Virus genome (UHGV): UHGV-0390922
From: a virus
Strand: one strand, 5' to 3'
DNA length: 42,516 bases
Both the position numbers and the translations under genes were made by a program. This document shows, piece by piece, positions 9,149 to 19,444 of the stretch (positions are counted from its first letter, which is position 1; each line of letters starts with the position of its first letter). The notes below the pieces were generated by a model, which saw only the letters and a list, made by a program, of their open reading frames with translations, did no database searches and was not told the DNA's origin.

Positions 9149-9485
9149 ATGCATTTTTAGGTTGTGCGACGTCGCAACAGGGAGGTGAGGCAATTGATTG
9201 AATGTATGATTCGGTGGTTTCGGCAGAGGCGCTGTCAGCACAGGTACCGTAAGCACTGGAGCCGGGAGGCTGGCGGGTATGTGCGGCGGTGCGTGAGGTG
9301 TGGAAAAATCGAATAAGTCACAGCAAGTCATAGAATTAGTCATAAGCACGCAGGCGGGGCCTGGGTGTTATTTTTATGCCTTTTTCCGGTCAGATGATGA
9401 GACCTAAAACAGTCATTCGTTTGGTGGATGGTTACACACCTATAAATAACCTAACGGCGAATCATGGAAAGAAAGGAAATATGAA

Positions 9486-10019
9486 ATGAAAACAGAAGAT
9501 TTACAGGCAAAAGGTCTGACACAGGAGCAGATCGATTATGTTATGGCCGAGTATGGCAGAGAGCTGAATGGAGTCAAGCAGGACCGCGACAATTATAAGG
9601 CGCAGCTTGCAGCAGCTCAGGCTACACTTAAAAGTTTTGAGGGCGTAAATGTGCAGGAACTTCAGGGAAAGATTACCCAGCTGACTTCTGATCTGGCGGT
9701 AAAAGAAACTGAGTACCAGAAACAGATTGCAGACAGGGATTTCAATGACCTTCTGAAGACAACAGCAGAGGGCTTTAAGCCGCGTGATCTGAAGGCTGTC
9801 ATGCCGTTCCTGGATGTCGAAAAGCTGAAGGCCAGCAAGAACCAGGAGGCAGATATTAAGGCAGCTCTGGATGTTGTAAAGAAGGATAATGCTTATCTGT
9901 TTCAGGATATCAATATCCCCAGGGTGGTTTCCACTACGCCTGGTCCGGGCGGTGCGGCAGCAGAGGACACAAAAGCCAGAGCGAATGCAGCATTAAGAAA
10001 CATTTTAGGAAGAGAATAA
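9486..10019 (+). CDS. phage scaffolding protein
   Basis: 177 aa, acidic and alpha-helical, N-terminal LTQEQIDYVMAEYG. Directly upstream of the capsid gene. Confidence 0.6.
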   Translation: MKTEDLQAKGLTQEQIDYVMAEYGRELNGVKQDRDNYKAQLAAAQATLKSFEGVNVQELQGKITQLTSDLAVKETEYQKQIADRDFNDLLKTTAEGFKPRDLKAVMPFLDVEKLKASKNQEADIKAALDVVKKDNAYLFQDINIPRVVSTTPGPGGAAAEDTKARANAALRNILGRE

Positions 10020-10031
10020 GGAGGAAACAAT

Positions 10032-11225
10032 ATGGCAGTACATATTACAAGCAGGGCCGATGCAGAGGCCATTATCCGTGAACAGGTGGTATCCACTATT
10101 TTTCAGGATGCGCCCAAACAGTCTGTATTCATGTCTTTGGCACGCAAGCTGCCGAACATGACAAGCAATCAGACCCGTATCCGTGTACTGGATTTCCTGC
10201 CAACTGCTTACTGGGTAAACGGTGACACCGGTATGAAGCAGACCAGCAAGCAGGCATGGGATAACGTGTATATCAATGCGGCAGAGCTGGCAGTCATCGT
10301 TCCGATTCCGGAGGCAGTCCTGGACGACGCAGAGTTTGACATTTTTGGAGAAATCACTCCAAGAGTGAATGAGGCAATCGGCCAGAGAGTAGACAGTGCC
10401 GCTATCTTCGGTGTGAACCGTCCGGCAGAATGGCAGAACGATATCGTTACACTGGCCCGTCAGGCGGGCAATAACGTAGCACCTGGAGGCAGTCCCGATT
10501 ATTATGACCTGATTCTTGGAGAAGGCGGCGTGATTTCCAAGGTAGAGGAAGATGGTTATATGTCCACGGGTGCTCTGGCTTCTATGGGAATGAGGGCAAA
10601 ACTGAGAGGGGTTAAATCTACTGACGGAACCCCTATCTTTAAATCCGATATGCAGGGCTCTACAAACTATGCACTGGATGGTGCGCCGATGTACTTCCCT
10701 CAGAACGGGGCATTTGACAATACGATTGCGCAGCTGATCATTGGCGACTTTAAGCAGGCTGTATATGCAATCCGTCAGGATATCACTGTAAAGATTCTGG
10801 ATCAGGGTATTATTCAGGATCCTGCTACAAAGGAGATCGTTTACAACCTGGCCCAGCAGGACATGGTAGCGCTGCGAATCGTGTTCCGTATGGGCTGGGC
10901 GCTGCCGAACCCTGCAACCCGTATGGATGAGGACCGCGTGGGCTGCCCGTTTGCATATCTGGAGCCTGCAACTGCAGTAACCACCCAGAAGGTTACTTTT
11001 ACAGTCAAGGATAACAACAGCGAGCCTAAGGCCGTTGAAGGCGCTATTGTGGATGTGAATGGTTCCCGACTGAAAACCAACGCCGCCGGCGTGGCAGAGT
11101 TCTATTTGCGTCCAGGTACTTATCCGGCAAAGATCAAAAAGAATGGGTATGGCACGATCACGGAGACCGTAACTGTAGACAAGGCTGCGGTACCTAAGGC
11201 GATCACTCTGATCCCCAATGCGTAG
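10032..11225 (+). CDS. major capsid protein (HK97 fold) with C-terminal Ig-like domain
   Basis: 397 aa, strong RBS. Last 90 aa (TFTVKDNN...AKIKKNGYG) resemble a Big/Ig-like decoration domain. Confidence 0.75.
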   Translation: MAVHITSRADAEAIIREQVVSTIFQDAPKQSVFMSLARKLPNMTSNQTRIRVLDFLPTAYWVNGDTGMKQTSKQAWDNVYINAAELAVIVPIPEAVLDDAEFDIFGEITPRVNEAIGQRVDSAAIFGVNRPAEWQNDIVTLARQAGNNVAPGGSPDYYDLILGEGGVISKVEEDGYMSTGALASMGMRAKLRGVKSTDGTPIFKSDMQGSTNYALDGAPMYFPQNGAFDNTIAQLIIGDFKQAVYAIRQDITVKILDQGIIQDPATKEIVYNLAQQDMVALRIVFRMGWALPNPATRMDEDRVGCPFAYLEPATAVTTQKVTFTVKDNNSEPKAVEGAIVDVNGSRLKTNAAGVAEFYLRPGTYPAKIKKNGYGTITETVTVDKAAVPKAITLIPNA

Positions 11226-11234
11226 AAAGGAGCC

Positions 11235-11612
11235 ATGGTGCTGATGAGTTATGCAGATGAAGGATTTTATACGGACCGATACCTGCTGGGGCGTAAGCCG
11301 GCCATCAGCGCCGGTTTTGACTTTTATGCCCGTCAGGCCAGCCAGATCATTGACCACTATACGTTCGGCCGTCTGGAGAATGCGGCCAAGATTCCAGAGG
11401 CAGCGCGTCTGTGCTGCTGCGAACTGGCAGAAACAGAGTATGCCAGGGAAAAGCAGAGGAAAGATGCTGGAGGGAAAACGTCAGAGAAGATAGGAACTTA
11501 TTCTGTCAGCTTCGGAACTACTGGAGAAAGCAATTCTGCGTTTACCAGAGAACAGAGGGCCATCGTGATGAAATGGCTTGGAAATACCGGCCTGTGTTAT
11601 CAGGGGGTGTGA
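11235..11612 (+). CDS. head-tail connector (gp6-like)
   Basis: 125 aa; position after the MCP. Confidence 0.4.
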   Translation: MVLMSYADEGFYTDRYLLGRKPAISAGFDFYARQASQIIDHYTFGRLENAAKIPEAARLCCCELAETEYAREKQRKDAGGKTSEKIGTYSVSFGTTGESNSAFTREQRAIVMKWLGNTGLCYQGV

Positions 11613-11613
11613 T

Positions 11614-11994
11614 ATGTATACCAACGCAGACGTAACGCTGTATCTGTACAGCAAAGAGGGCAAGGATGTACATTATACCCGTGTTCCCATTGAGGGAGTG
11701 TATTGGGAGGATGTGCAGCAGTCCACATTTCTTAAGACAGGGCAGAGGGATGCAGCCTCTGTCCTGTTGGTAATCCCCTATGAGAATCTGGACAGCTCTC
11801 TGCGATTTACCAGAGGCAAGGATCTGGCTGTTAAAGGTGTTGTCTTGGATGAGATTGACTGCGACAGCCAAGAGACCTTGTCGAAATCATTGGCAGCCTT
11901 AAAGGCTGCTTATAACTATGTGACGGTTACTACTGTGGATGAAAGGCTGTATGGCAGCGAATCCGTATGGCATTATGAACTGTCCTGCAAGTAA
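11614..11994 (+). CDS. head closure / head-tail joining protein
   Basis: ATG at 11614 after GGGGGTG. Synteny. Confidence 0.4.
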   Translation: MYTNADVTLYLYSKEGKDVHYTRVPIEGVYWEDVQQSTFLKTGQRDAASVLLVIPYENLDSSLRFTRGKDLAVKGVVLDEIDCDSQETLSKSLAALKAAYNYVTVTTVDERLYGSESVWHYELSCK

Positions 11995-12004
11995 GGAGGC
12001 AGAT

Positions 12005-12427
12005 ATGGAAATTAAATTTGAAATGAAGCCTCCGAAGGATCTTCTGAGAGCCCGTGGGTTACAGGAAGGAGGGCCAGTGCAAAAGCTGGTGGACAGCGAG
12101 TGCATGAGGTACATGGCCCCATATATGCCCCGTAGGCAGGCGGGAGAGCTGGAACGCATGATGGTTATGGCAACAGTGATCGGATCCGGGCAGATTGATA
12201 TCCCTGGGCCGTGTGCTCATTACCTCCATGAGGGCGTCCTGTATGTGTCGCCCAGTACAGGCAGCGCCTGGGCAAAAAAGAATGAGATTAAAGATCCTAC
12301 AGGTAAAGAACTGACCTATGCCGGGGCCCCTATGAGGGGGAAGAAGTGGTTTGAGCGGATGAAAGCAGACCACAAGGATGATATACTCCGGGCGGCACAG
12401 GCTCTGGCAGACAGGAGGGGAAACTAA
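12005..12427 (+). CDS. tail component (HK97 gp10-like)
   Basis: AAGGAGG RBS. Synteny. Confidence 0.4.
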   Translation: MEIKFEMKPPKDLLRARGLQEGGPVQKLVDSECMRYMAPYMPRRQAGELERMMVMATVIGSGQIDIPGPCAHYLHEGVLYVSPSTGSAWAKKNEIKDPTGKELTYAGAPMRGKKWFERMKADHKDDILRAAQALADRRGN

Positions 12428-12882
12428 TGACAATCATAGATTATATGCGCCAGACATTGACGGAGTACCCAAAGATATCTGAGTTTCTGGCCGGGGATGA
12501 GATCCATATTGATTTTACGGAGCCGGAGCCGGTTAACTATGGGTTGTCCAGCAACGGGGACAGCCTGGTAAAAGAGGATGTGCTGGGGAACCAGATCCGG
12601 CAGCATAATTTTGTTATGTATGCGGTCGGTCAGTCTTTTACGGATTATAACCGGCTGGCGAACAGCAACTTCCTTCTGGAGCTGTCGATCTGGCTGGAGC
12701 GGTTGCCATCCAGAGATGGGCTAACATTTCAGGTTGGAGAACAGGAGTTAAAGGGGACTTTTTTAAAGGCAACTACAGCCAATGCAATGAGCATGGGTCT
12801 GATGGGTGAAACCATTGACAGCGGCGTAATGTATCAGCTTCAGATCTACGCCCAGTACAAAATAGAAAGCGAGGAATTTTAA
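12427..12882 (+). CDS. tail completion protein
   Basis: Start overlaps the previous stop (taATGa). Synteny. Confidence 0.4.
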   Translation: MTIIDYMRQTLTEYPKISEFLAGDEIHIDFTEPEPVNYGLSSNGDSLVKEDVLGNQIRQHNFVMYAVGQSFTDYNRLANSNFLLELSIWLERLPSRDGLTFQVGEQELKGTFLKATTANAMSMGLMGETIDSGVMYQLQIYAQYKIESEEF

Positions 12883-13401
12883 ATGCCAGGAACAGTAACA
12901 GGGAAAATCAAGCGTAAATTCATGGCACACTATATTGATGCGGCAGCGCCGGCAGCTTCCGGGGGTACGGCGAAATATGTCCGCTTAGGCAAGGACCTGG
13001 AAGAGTTTAACGTGGAAATGAATGCCAACGTGGAAACCAAGAATAATATCTTAGGTGAAACCTCTGTAAATCTGGACAGCTATCAGCCCCAGGCATCCGC
13101 CGAGCCGTATTATGCAGAGATTGGGGATCCTTTGTTTGGGCGTTTGCAGACCATTATTGATGAGCGTCAGACCCTGGATGATCTGAAAACCTCTGTAGTA
13201 GAGGTACATCTTTGGGAAGAGCATGAGACCAAGACCGGTTCTTATGTTGCGTATAAGGAAGATGCTATTATTGAGGTTTCCAGCTATGGCGGTGATACAA
13301 CCGGATACCAGATTCCATTTAATGTACATCATACCGGGAATCGGGTCAAGGGACTGTTTGCATTAGCAACTAAGACGTTTACAGAGGATGGAAAGGAATG
13401 A
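12883..13401 (+). CDS. major tail protein
   Basis: 172 aa. Precedes the chaperone pair and tape measure. Confidence 0.6.
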   Translation: MPGTVTGKIKRKFMAHYIDAAAPAASGGTAKYVRLGKDLEEFNVEMNANVETKNNILGETSVNLDSYQPQASAEPYYAEIGDPLFGRLQTIIDERQTLDDLKTSVVEVHLWEEHETKTGSYVAYKEDAIIEVSSYGGDTTGYQIPFNVHHTGNRVKGLFALATKTFTEDGKE

Positions 13402-13415
13402 AGGGGAGAAGGTAA

Positions 13416-13865
13416 ATGATGCAGAGTATCAATTTTGATGAGGGAATAAAAACATTTTCTATCAATGGGGACGAGGCAAGGGTGATTCGTATCAATCCAG
13501 GAGATCTGAACTTGCTCGTCCGATCAGAAGAGGCGCAGAAACATATAGCAGAATATCAGGAGCAAATTAAAAGAATCCCATTAAATTCAGACGGAACGCC
13601 TGTAGATGGATCAGAAGAATCGTCAGACGCTTTACGATCATTTAATTCCATGATGCGGAAGGAACTGAACTATATATTTAATGCAGACGTTTATGACACT
13701 GTGTTTGCTGGACAGTCCCCTTTATGTACTGTGGGGAAGGAAAAGATGTTCCTTTTTGAAGCCTTTATGCTTTCCATGATGTCGATTATCAAAAACGAGA
13801 TTGCTGAATTTAATGCCGCCAGTCAGGCGCGTGTGAAAAAATATACTGGAGGATATTCAAAATGA
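13416..13865 (+). CDS. tail assembly chaperone
   Basis: Position between the major tail protein and tape measure. Acidic. Confidence 0.5.
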   Translation: MMQSINFDEGIKTFSINGDEARVIRINPGDLNLLVRSEEAQKHIAEYQEQIKRIPLNSDGTPVDGSEESSDALRSFNSMMRKELNYIFNADVYDTVFAGQSPLCTVGKEKMFLFEAFMLSMMSIIKNEIAEFNAASQARVKKYTGGYSK

Positions 13866-14422
13866 TAGGCAGGCTGCCGACGTCCTTAACTGTGTCAGGC
13901 AGTGTTCTTGATATCAGAACCGATTTCCGTGATATCCTCGTTATCATGCAGGCGTTTAATGATCCAGAATTATATTTGGATGAACAGTATGAAGTGATGC
14001 TGACCATACTGTATGGGGACTTAAACTGTATCCCCCCAGACGCTTTTCCAGAAGCTATCAAGCAGGCGCTGTGGTTTCTGGACTGTGGACAGCAGGAAGA
14101 GGATAAAAAAAGTCCGGTAAAAGTAATGGATTGGGAGCAGGATGAGGCGATCATATTTCCGGCAGTAAACAAAGTTGCCGGATGTGAGGTAAGGGGGAAA
14201 GAATACGTCCATTGGTGGACATTTATGGGATATTTTATGGAAATAGAAGAAGGAACGTTTTCTACGGTTCTTGGCATTCGCCAGAAAAGAGCAAAGGGAA
14301 AGAAACTGGAAAAATGGGAGCAGGAATTTTACCGGAATAATAAAAGACAGTGTGATTTGAAACGTAAACACACAAAAGAAGAACAGGCAGAAATTGACTA
14401 TTGGAATAGGCTATTGGGGTAG
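13862..14422 (+). CDS. tail assembly protein (second chaperone-like ORF)
   Basis: Overlaps the previous stop and has its own GGAGGA RBS, so likely translated independently. Confidence 0.45.
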   Translation: MIGRLPTSLTVSGSVLDIRTDFRDILVIMQAFNDPELYLDEQYEVMLTILYGDLNCIPPDAFPEAIKQALWFLDCGQQEEDKKSPVKVMDWEQDEAIIFPAVNKVAGCEVRGKEYVHWWTFMGYFMEIEEGTFSTVLGIRQKRAKGKKLEKWEQEFYRNNKRQCDLKRKHTKEEQAEIDYWNRLLG

Positions 14423-14468
14423 GCGTCGAAAGGCGTCTTATTTTTATACCCGGAAATGAGGTGAGAGC

Positions 14469-17264
14469 ATGGCATCAGATGGCAGCTTAATATTTGACAC
14501 GAAGATTGATACCTCTGGTTTTGAAACTTCCAGTCTGGAAAAGGCGGTAGATAGGCTTTCTGCGTTGGTAGACAGTTTATCTGCAAAATTGGACAAAACG
14601 TTTTCAGATTCAGGGACTGCAGTGTCTGCAACCTCCCGTAAAGTAGACGGCATGGCAGAAGCTGCCAAAAAGGCAGCAGACGAGATGGAGCGGCTCAGGA
14701 AAGAGAAAGCGTCAGTATTTTCAGGAACCATCACGAACAACAATGCGTCTGTATTGGCAACACCAGACAATGGAAAACGGTATGATATCTATGGAAATGA
14801 TGTAGATGTTATGATTGCTAAAAATAAGGAACTGGAAGAGGCAGCGCGGCAGGCATCAACTGCGGTCACTGCCGAAACACAGAAGGAAGAAAAGAGTGTG
14901 TCCAGTTTTAAGGATACTGTGTTTTTGGCGGTTAATGCTTTCAAACATTTTCCCAGAAATATTTCTGCGCTTTTTAACCGCGTTGGAGAATCTATTGGCA
15001 GTACAGATTTTAAGTTCCGTACACTGCAGGATGAGTTAGACCATTATCAAGAAAAACTGTATTATGCAGAGCGAAAAGGGCTTGGTCTGGGAGATGCAGA
15101 GTATGATAAGGCATACAGGGGACTGATGTTGGCTAAAAAAGCGGCAGAGAAATATAAAAGTTCTCTTTTGAACGCAGATCAGGGGCAGAAACGGGTCGAC
15201 AAATCCGCAAATCAAATGAGAAATTCCCTAAATAAAGCGGGGAAGTCCGCAAAAAGCACTGGGAAAGGATTAAATACCCTGGGGCGTTCCATTATTTTTT
15301 CACTGGTTTTTCGTTCTATAAGCATGATCGAGAATCAGATAAAAGAAGGTTTCCAGAATCTGGCCCGGTACTCAGACGAGACCAATAAAAGCGCATCCCT
15401 GCTTATGTCAGCTAATACGAGGCTTAAAAACAGCTTTGCAACGGCATTTGCGCCGGCATTACAGGTGGCAGCCCCCGCATTAAAGCAGATTATTGATCTG
15501 TTATCTATGGGGGCGACCTATGCAGGGCAGTTTATCGCTGCCCTGACAGGAAAAAGTACCTTTGTAAAGGCTGTGGATGTGGAGGAAGATTATGCAGCCT
15601 CTTTAAAAGAATCCAATGATGAATTAAAAGAGAAGGAAAAGGCAACTAAAAAACTGACATTTGCATTTGATGATCTGATACAGGCACAGGGAAGTGATAC
15701 TCAGTCAGCAGAAACATACAAACCTCCAACACCGGATCAGATGTTTGAAACTGTAGAGATTGAAACGGATATCGTAAAATTTGCGGATAGGGTAAAGGAA
15801 ATCCTTTCCGGGCTTTTTGACCCTATGCAGCAGTCCTGGGATGAAAACGGATCTGCAGTTATGGACGCAGCAGAATTTGCCCTTAACCAGCTAAAAAAGT
15901 TGGGCAGCGATGTAGGCAGTACATTTATGACTGTGTGGGAAAAAGAGGGCTACGGGAAGGCTGTAACGGATGACGTTCTGATTTCTATTTCCAATCTCTT
16001 ATATACAGTTGGGAACTTGGCACAGGGATTTGATGAGGCATGGACAAGTGGGAATACAGGCCTGCTTATCATGCGCCATCTGGGCGATCTTTTGCTGGAG
16101 GTAACTGGATTTTTTCGTGATGCAACAGGGGAAATTAGAACATGGTCGGCGACCCTTGATTTTTCTCCGCTCCTTGTGTCCTTTGATGGGGTATTAGTGA
16201 ATATGCGCCCCATAGTGAATGCAATAGGTGAGTTGCTTTTGTGGTTTCTCAGTGACGTGCTTCTCCCGATGGCAAAGTGGGGATTGGAGAATGCCGTGCC
16301 CGCCGCTTTTGATTTGATATCGGCAGCTTTAAAGGTACTGTCCTCAATTTTGAATGCGCTGAAACCATTGGCATTATGGTTATGGGATGAATTCCTGCAG
16401 CCGCTTGGACAGTGGACGGGGCAGCTTATCATAGCAGCCCTTGAAAAACTGGTAGAATGGCTTACAAGATTCTCTGATTGGATTTCACAGAATCAGACCT
16501 TGATAGCCAATATAACGTTGGCGGTGTTGGCGTTTTTTGCGGCATGGAAAATCACGGAATTTGTTACAGGGATAGCTAAACTCATAAGTGGACTGGGCGG
16601 TTTCATAACAATTGGCGAACAGGTGATCGTTATGTTATCTCGGACTGTATCAAGTATAAGCCCTTTGACACTTGCTATATCCAGTATTATTTCTTTAATT
16701 TCTGTATTGGCTCTGAATTGGGACTCTATGACTCCAACAGAGAAAGTTATTACCGGTGTACTGGCGCTGGCATCCGCCGCGGGAATTCTGGCAGTTGCTC
16801 TGGGAGCGTTATCTGGCCCAGCTGGAGCAGCCGTGATGGCAGCCTCTATCGCAGCTGGAGTTGCTGCCGCTGTAATAGCTATCAACGCAGGTAAGCGTGC
16901 CGCGTCGTCTGGATATTCCAATAGTGGGTCCAGAGGCAGAAACGGCTATCCTGTATCAGCTTATGAACTGTCACTACACGGAATCCCCCGTTTGGCTACA
17001 GGCACGGTAGTACCTCCGCGTGCGGGAGAATTTGCGGCTATATTGGGAGATAATAACCGTGATACAGAGATTGTCAGTCCGATCCCTGCCATGAAACAGG
17101 CTTTTAAAGAAGCAATCGAGGAAATGGGTGGAGTCGGTGGAAATAATACACTGCGGGCAGACTTGATTATAGATGGGACAAAGTTTGGACAGTTGGTTTA
17201 TAAATTTAATAATCAGGAGAAACAACGCGTTGGTGTGAGAATGGTGGTGGAAGGGCAAGCATGA
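14469..17264 (+). CDS. tail tape measure protein
   Basis: 931 aa, coiled-coil N-terminal half, hydrophobic Ala/Gly-rich TM segments in the C-terminal third. Confidence 0.85.
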   Translation: MASDGSLIFDTKIDTSGFETSSLEKAVDRLSALVDSLSAKLDKTFSDSGTAVSATSRKVDGMAEAAKKAADEMERLRKEKASVFSGTITNNNASVLATPDNGKRYDIYGNDVDVMIAKNKELEEAARQASTAVTAETQKEEKSVSSFKDTVFLAVNAFKHFPRNISALFNRVGESIGSTDFKFRTLQDELDHYQEKLYYAERKGLGLGDAEYDKAYRGLMLAKKAAEKYKSSLLNADQGQKRVDKSANQMRNSLNKAGKSAKSTGKGLNTLGRSIIFSLVFRSISMIENQIKEGFQNLARYSDETNKSASLLMSANTRLKNSFATAFAPALQVAAPALKQIIDLLSMGATYAGQFIAALTGKSTFVKAVDVEEDYAASLKESNDELKEKEKATKKLTFAFDDLIQAQGSDTQSAETYKPPTPDQMFETVEIETDIVKFADRVKEILSGLFDPMQQSWDENGSAVMDAAEFALNQLKKLGSDVGSTFMTVWEKEGYGKAVTDDVLISISNLLYTVGNLAQGFDEAWTSGNTGLLIMRHLGDLLLEVTGFFRDATGEIRTWSATLDFSPLLVSFDGVLVNMRPIVNAIGELLLWFLSDVLLPMAKWGLENAVPAAFDLISAALKVLSSILNALKPLALWLWDEFLQPLGQWTGQLIIAALEKLVEWLTRFSDWISQNQTLIANITLAVLAFFAAWKITEFVTGIAKLISGLGGFITIGEQVIVMLSRTVSSISPLTLAISSIISLISVLALNWDSMTPTEKVITGVLALASAAGILAVALGALSGPAGAAVMAASIAAGVAAAVIAINAGKRAASSGYSNSGSRGRNGYPVSAYELSLHGIPRLATGTVVPPRAGEFAAILGDNNRDTEIVSPIPAMKQAFKEAIEEMGGVGGNNTLRADLIIDGTKFGQLVYKFNNQEKQRVGVRMVVEGQA

Positions 17265-17647
17265 CCGAAACGATATTTTCTATAGATGGCGTAGAACTTA
17301 GGGTGAATGTAATGAGTCTCGAAAGGGGATTCTCGGTAACGGATACGAAGAACTCAGGACGACTTCAAAACTACGGTATGTATCGGGAAGTGGCCGGTAC
17401 TTTTTATAATTACACGCTGGAGATTGAACCTTATCCGGGATATAGGGATGACTATGATACATTTTATGAAATCATATCCGCTCCTGTCAGATCCCATCAG
17501 ATGACATTTCCTTACGCGCAGAGGAATCTAACATTTGAAGCCTATGTGACACAGGGGAAAGATAAAATGAAACGGATCAAAGGGAAAAACCTGTGGAGCG
17601 GGTTGTCCATATATTTTGTAGCCATGGAACCACAGAGGAGGCCATGA
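17261..17647 (+). CDS. distal tail protein-like
   Basis: Immediately after the tape measure. Confidence 0.4.
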   Translation: MTETIFSIDGVELRVNVMSLERGFSVTDTKNSGRLQNYGMYREVAGTFYNYTLEIEPYPGYRDDYDTFYEIISAPVRSHQMTFPYAQRNLTFEAYVTQGKDKMKRIKGKNLWSGLSIYFVAMEPQRRP

Positions 17648-17650
17648 GAG

Positions 17651-19444
17651 ATGTTCCTGAAAGAGTCAATCCGCTCAGACGCGGCAGAAAATACAGAAGG
17701 GTTAAAGATTGTATATGACGATGTGGCGCCATACGCAAAAGAGCACAGCAGCCCTCAGGTGATCCAGTCCGGCCTGCGCCCACGGAAGGTGCTGTATCCA
17801 GGCAATGGGCTGGTGCCGCAAAAGACAGTCGTCCAGAAGGCATTTCCAGAACTTAAAAGAGATGACCTGATCTATCCAGGGTACTCCTTGTGCCTTCCGA
17901 GATTTGCGTTGATGAATGGTAAGTATGTCAATTTTCCTGATGATGCAGAAAATTACGGGTATATATCGGATGAGGTGTCAGATGAAAACGGCCGTCTGGC
18001 AAAGATAATAAATTCTGCAGGCGTGCGCCCAAGCAAAAAGCTCAAACCAGGCCTGTTTGTATTTCCATCCAGTACATTGCGACAGGTGACCAAATCCCCA
18101 GAACTTACCGTAATGTTTAGCCAAAAATTTACAAGTGTTGGCCTTCTGTTGACGTTTAATATGATGTCAGGCGATTACTGTACAAAGCTGAGGGTTAAAT
18201 GGTATTCGGAAGGCAAACTGCTGTCCGACATGGAATTTATGCCGGATGCAGTACGGTACTTTTGCAGTAATTATGTGCAGCTGTACGATAAAATTGTGAT
18301 TACGTTTTACGAAACATCACAACCATTTCGTCCGGTATTTATTACAAGGATTGATTATGGGATATACCGTGATTTCTTTTCCGATGAACTTTTAACAACC
18401 TCCTGCTTACAGGAAGTCAACGCAATCAGCGAAAATATCAGTGTCAATACACTGAATTTTACGGTACGGACAGAAACCAATATACCGTTTGACTTTCAAA
18501 AGAAACAGAAACTTGCGGTGTATTTTAACGGGCAGAGGATCGGAAACTTTTATCTGAAAAACGGTGCCAGAAAAAACCGGACAGACTACCAGATGGACAG
18601 TCATGATGCTATTGGCGTGCTGGATGGAAATGAATTTACTGGAGGGATTTACACCGGACAGACAGCGGCAGTGGTGATCGGGCAGATATTTGACGGGGAA
18701 GATTTTGGCTATCTTCTGGATGATACGTTGTCAGATATTCCATTGTTCGGACACATCCCATATACAACGAAACGAAACGCTCTGGTACAGGTTGCCTTTG
18801 CGATTGGGGCAGTGGTAGATACGAGTAATTATGATGGGGTCATGATTTATTCGCAGCAAACGGAATTGTCAGGGACATTTACCCAGGCAGATGCATTTGA
18901 TGGTTTGACGCTGGAACACAGCGATGTAGTTACAGGTATAAGGATTTCTGTGCATACATACCAGCCATCAGAGGAGATAGAAGAACTTTATAATGATGTG
19001 TTAAATGGTACAGCGGAAGTTATTTTTTCAGAACCGCATTATGATTTGTCGGTTACTGGCGGAGAACTGGTTAAGCATGGCGATAACTATGCCGTGATTA
19101 AAGGCACAGGGGAGACAGTGATTCTTAGGGGCAAAAAATATACGCACTTGACGACATCGCTTTTAAAAGAGAACCCTGCTATTGTGTTCAATAAAAATGT
19201 AAAAGAGGTGTCAAGTGCTACTCTGGTACATACAGGCAATGCAAAAGAAGTTCTGAACCGTGTGTATGAATATTACCAGCGTGCTGAAAACGTAAGGGGT
19301 GACGTACTTTTGTCAAATAAGATGCTGGGACAAGTAGTAGGTGTTGATACTGCATATGATGGACAGAGGGAAGGAACGATCGAAAGCATATCATATCAGT
19401 TTGGAATAAAAGAAATCCGGGCGGAGGTGGTAATACATGAGTAA
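17651..19444 (+). CDS. tail tip / baseplate protein (putative host-specificity protein)
   Basis: 597 aa; position after the Dit-like gene. Confidence 0.45.
   Translation: MFLKESIRSDAAENTEGLKIVYDDVAPYAKEHSSPQVIQSGLRPRKVLYPGNGLVPQKTVVQKAFPELKRDDLIYPGYSLCLPRFALMNGKYVNFPDDAENYGYISDEVSDENGRLAKIINSAGVRPSKKLKPGLFVFPSSTLRQVTKSPELTVMFSQKFTSVGLLLTFNMMSGDYCTKLRVKWYSEGKLLSDMEFMPDAVRYFCSNYVQLYDKIVITFYETSQPFRPVFITRIDYGIYRDFFSDELLTTSCLQEVNAISENISVNTLNFTVRTETNIPFDFQKKQKLAVYFNGQRIGNFYLKNGARKNRTDYQMDSHDAIGVLDGNEFTGGIYTGQTAAVVIGQIFDGEDFGYLLDDTLSDIPLFGHIPYTTKRNALVQVAFAIGAVVDTSNYDGVMIYSQQTELSGTFTQADAFDGLTLEHSDVVTGIRISVHTYQPSEEIEELYNDVLNGTAEVIFSEPHYDLSVTGGELVKHGDNYAVIKGTGETVILRGKKYTHLTTSLLKENPAIVFNKNVKEVSSATLVHTGNAKEVLNRVYEYYQRAENVRGDVLLSNKMLGQVVGVDTAYDGQREGTIESISYQFGIKEIRAEVVIHE

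Noticed and set aside
10005-11357. 450-aa - strand ORF antisense to the major capsid gene
   Set aside because: It overlaps a well-supported + strand capsid gene with a strong RBS. Its translation is Cys/Arg-rich nonsense typical of antisense frames. Its length is explained by local GC richness.
13830-13870. Programmed -1 frameshift between the two tail chaperone ORFs
   Set aside because: There is no X_XXY_YYZ slippery heptamer in the zero frame before the stop (RVKKYTGGYSK*). The downstream ORF has its own GGAGGA RBS and ATG, so independent initiation is simpler.
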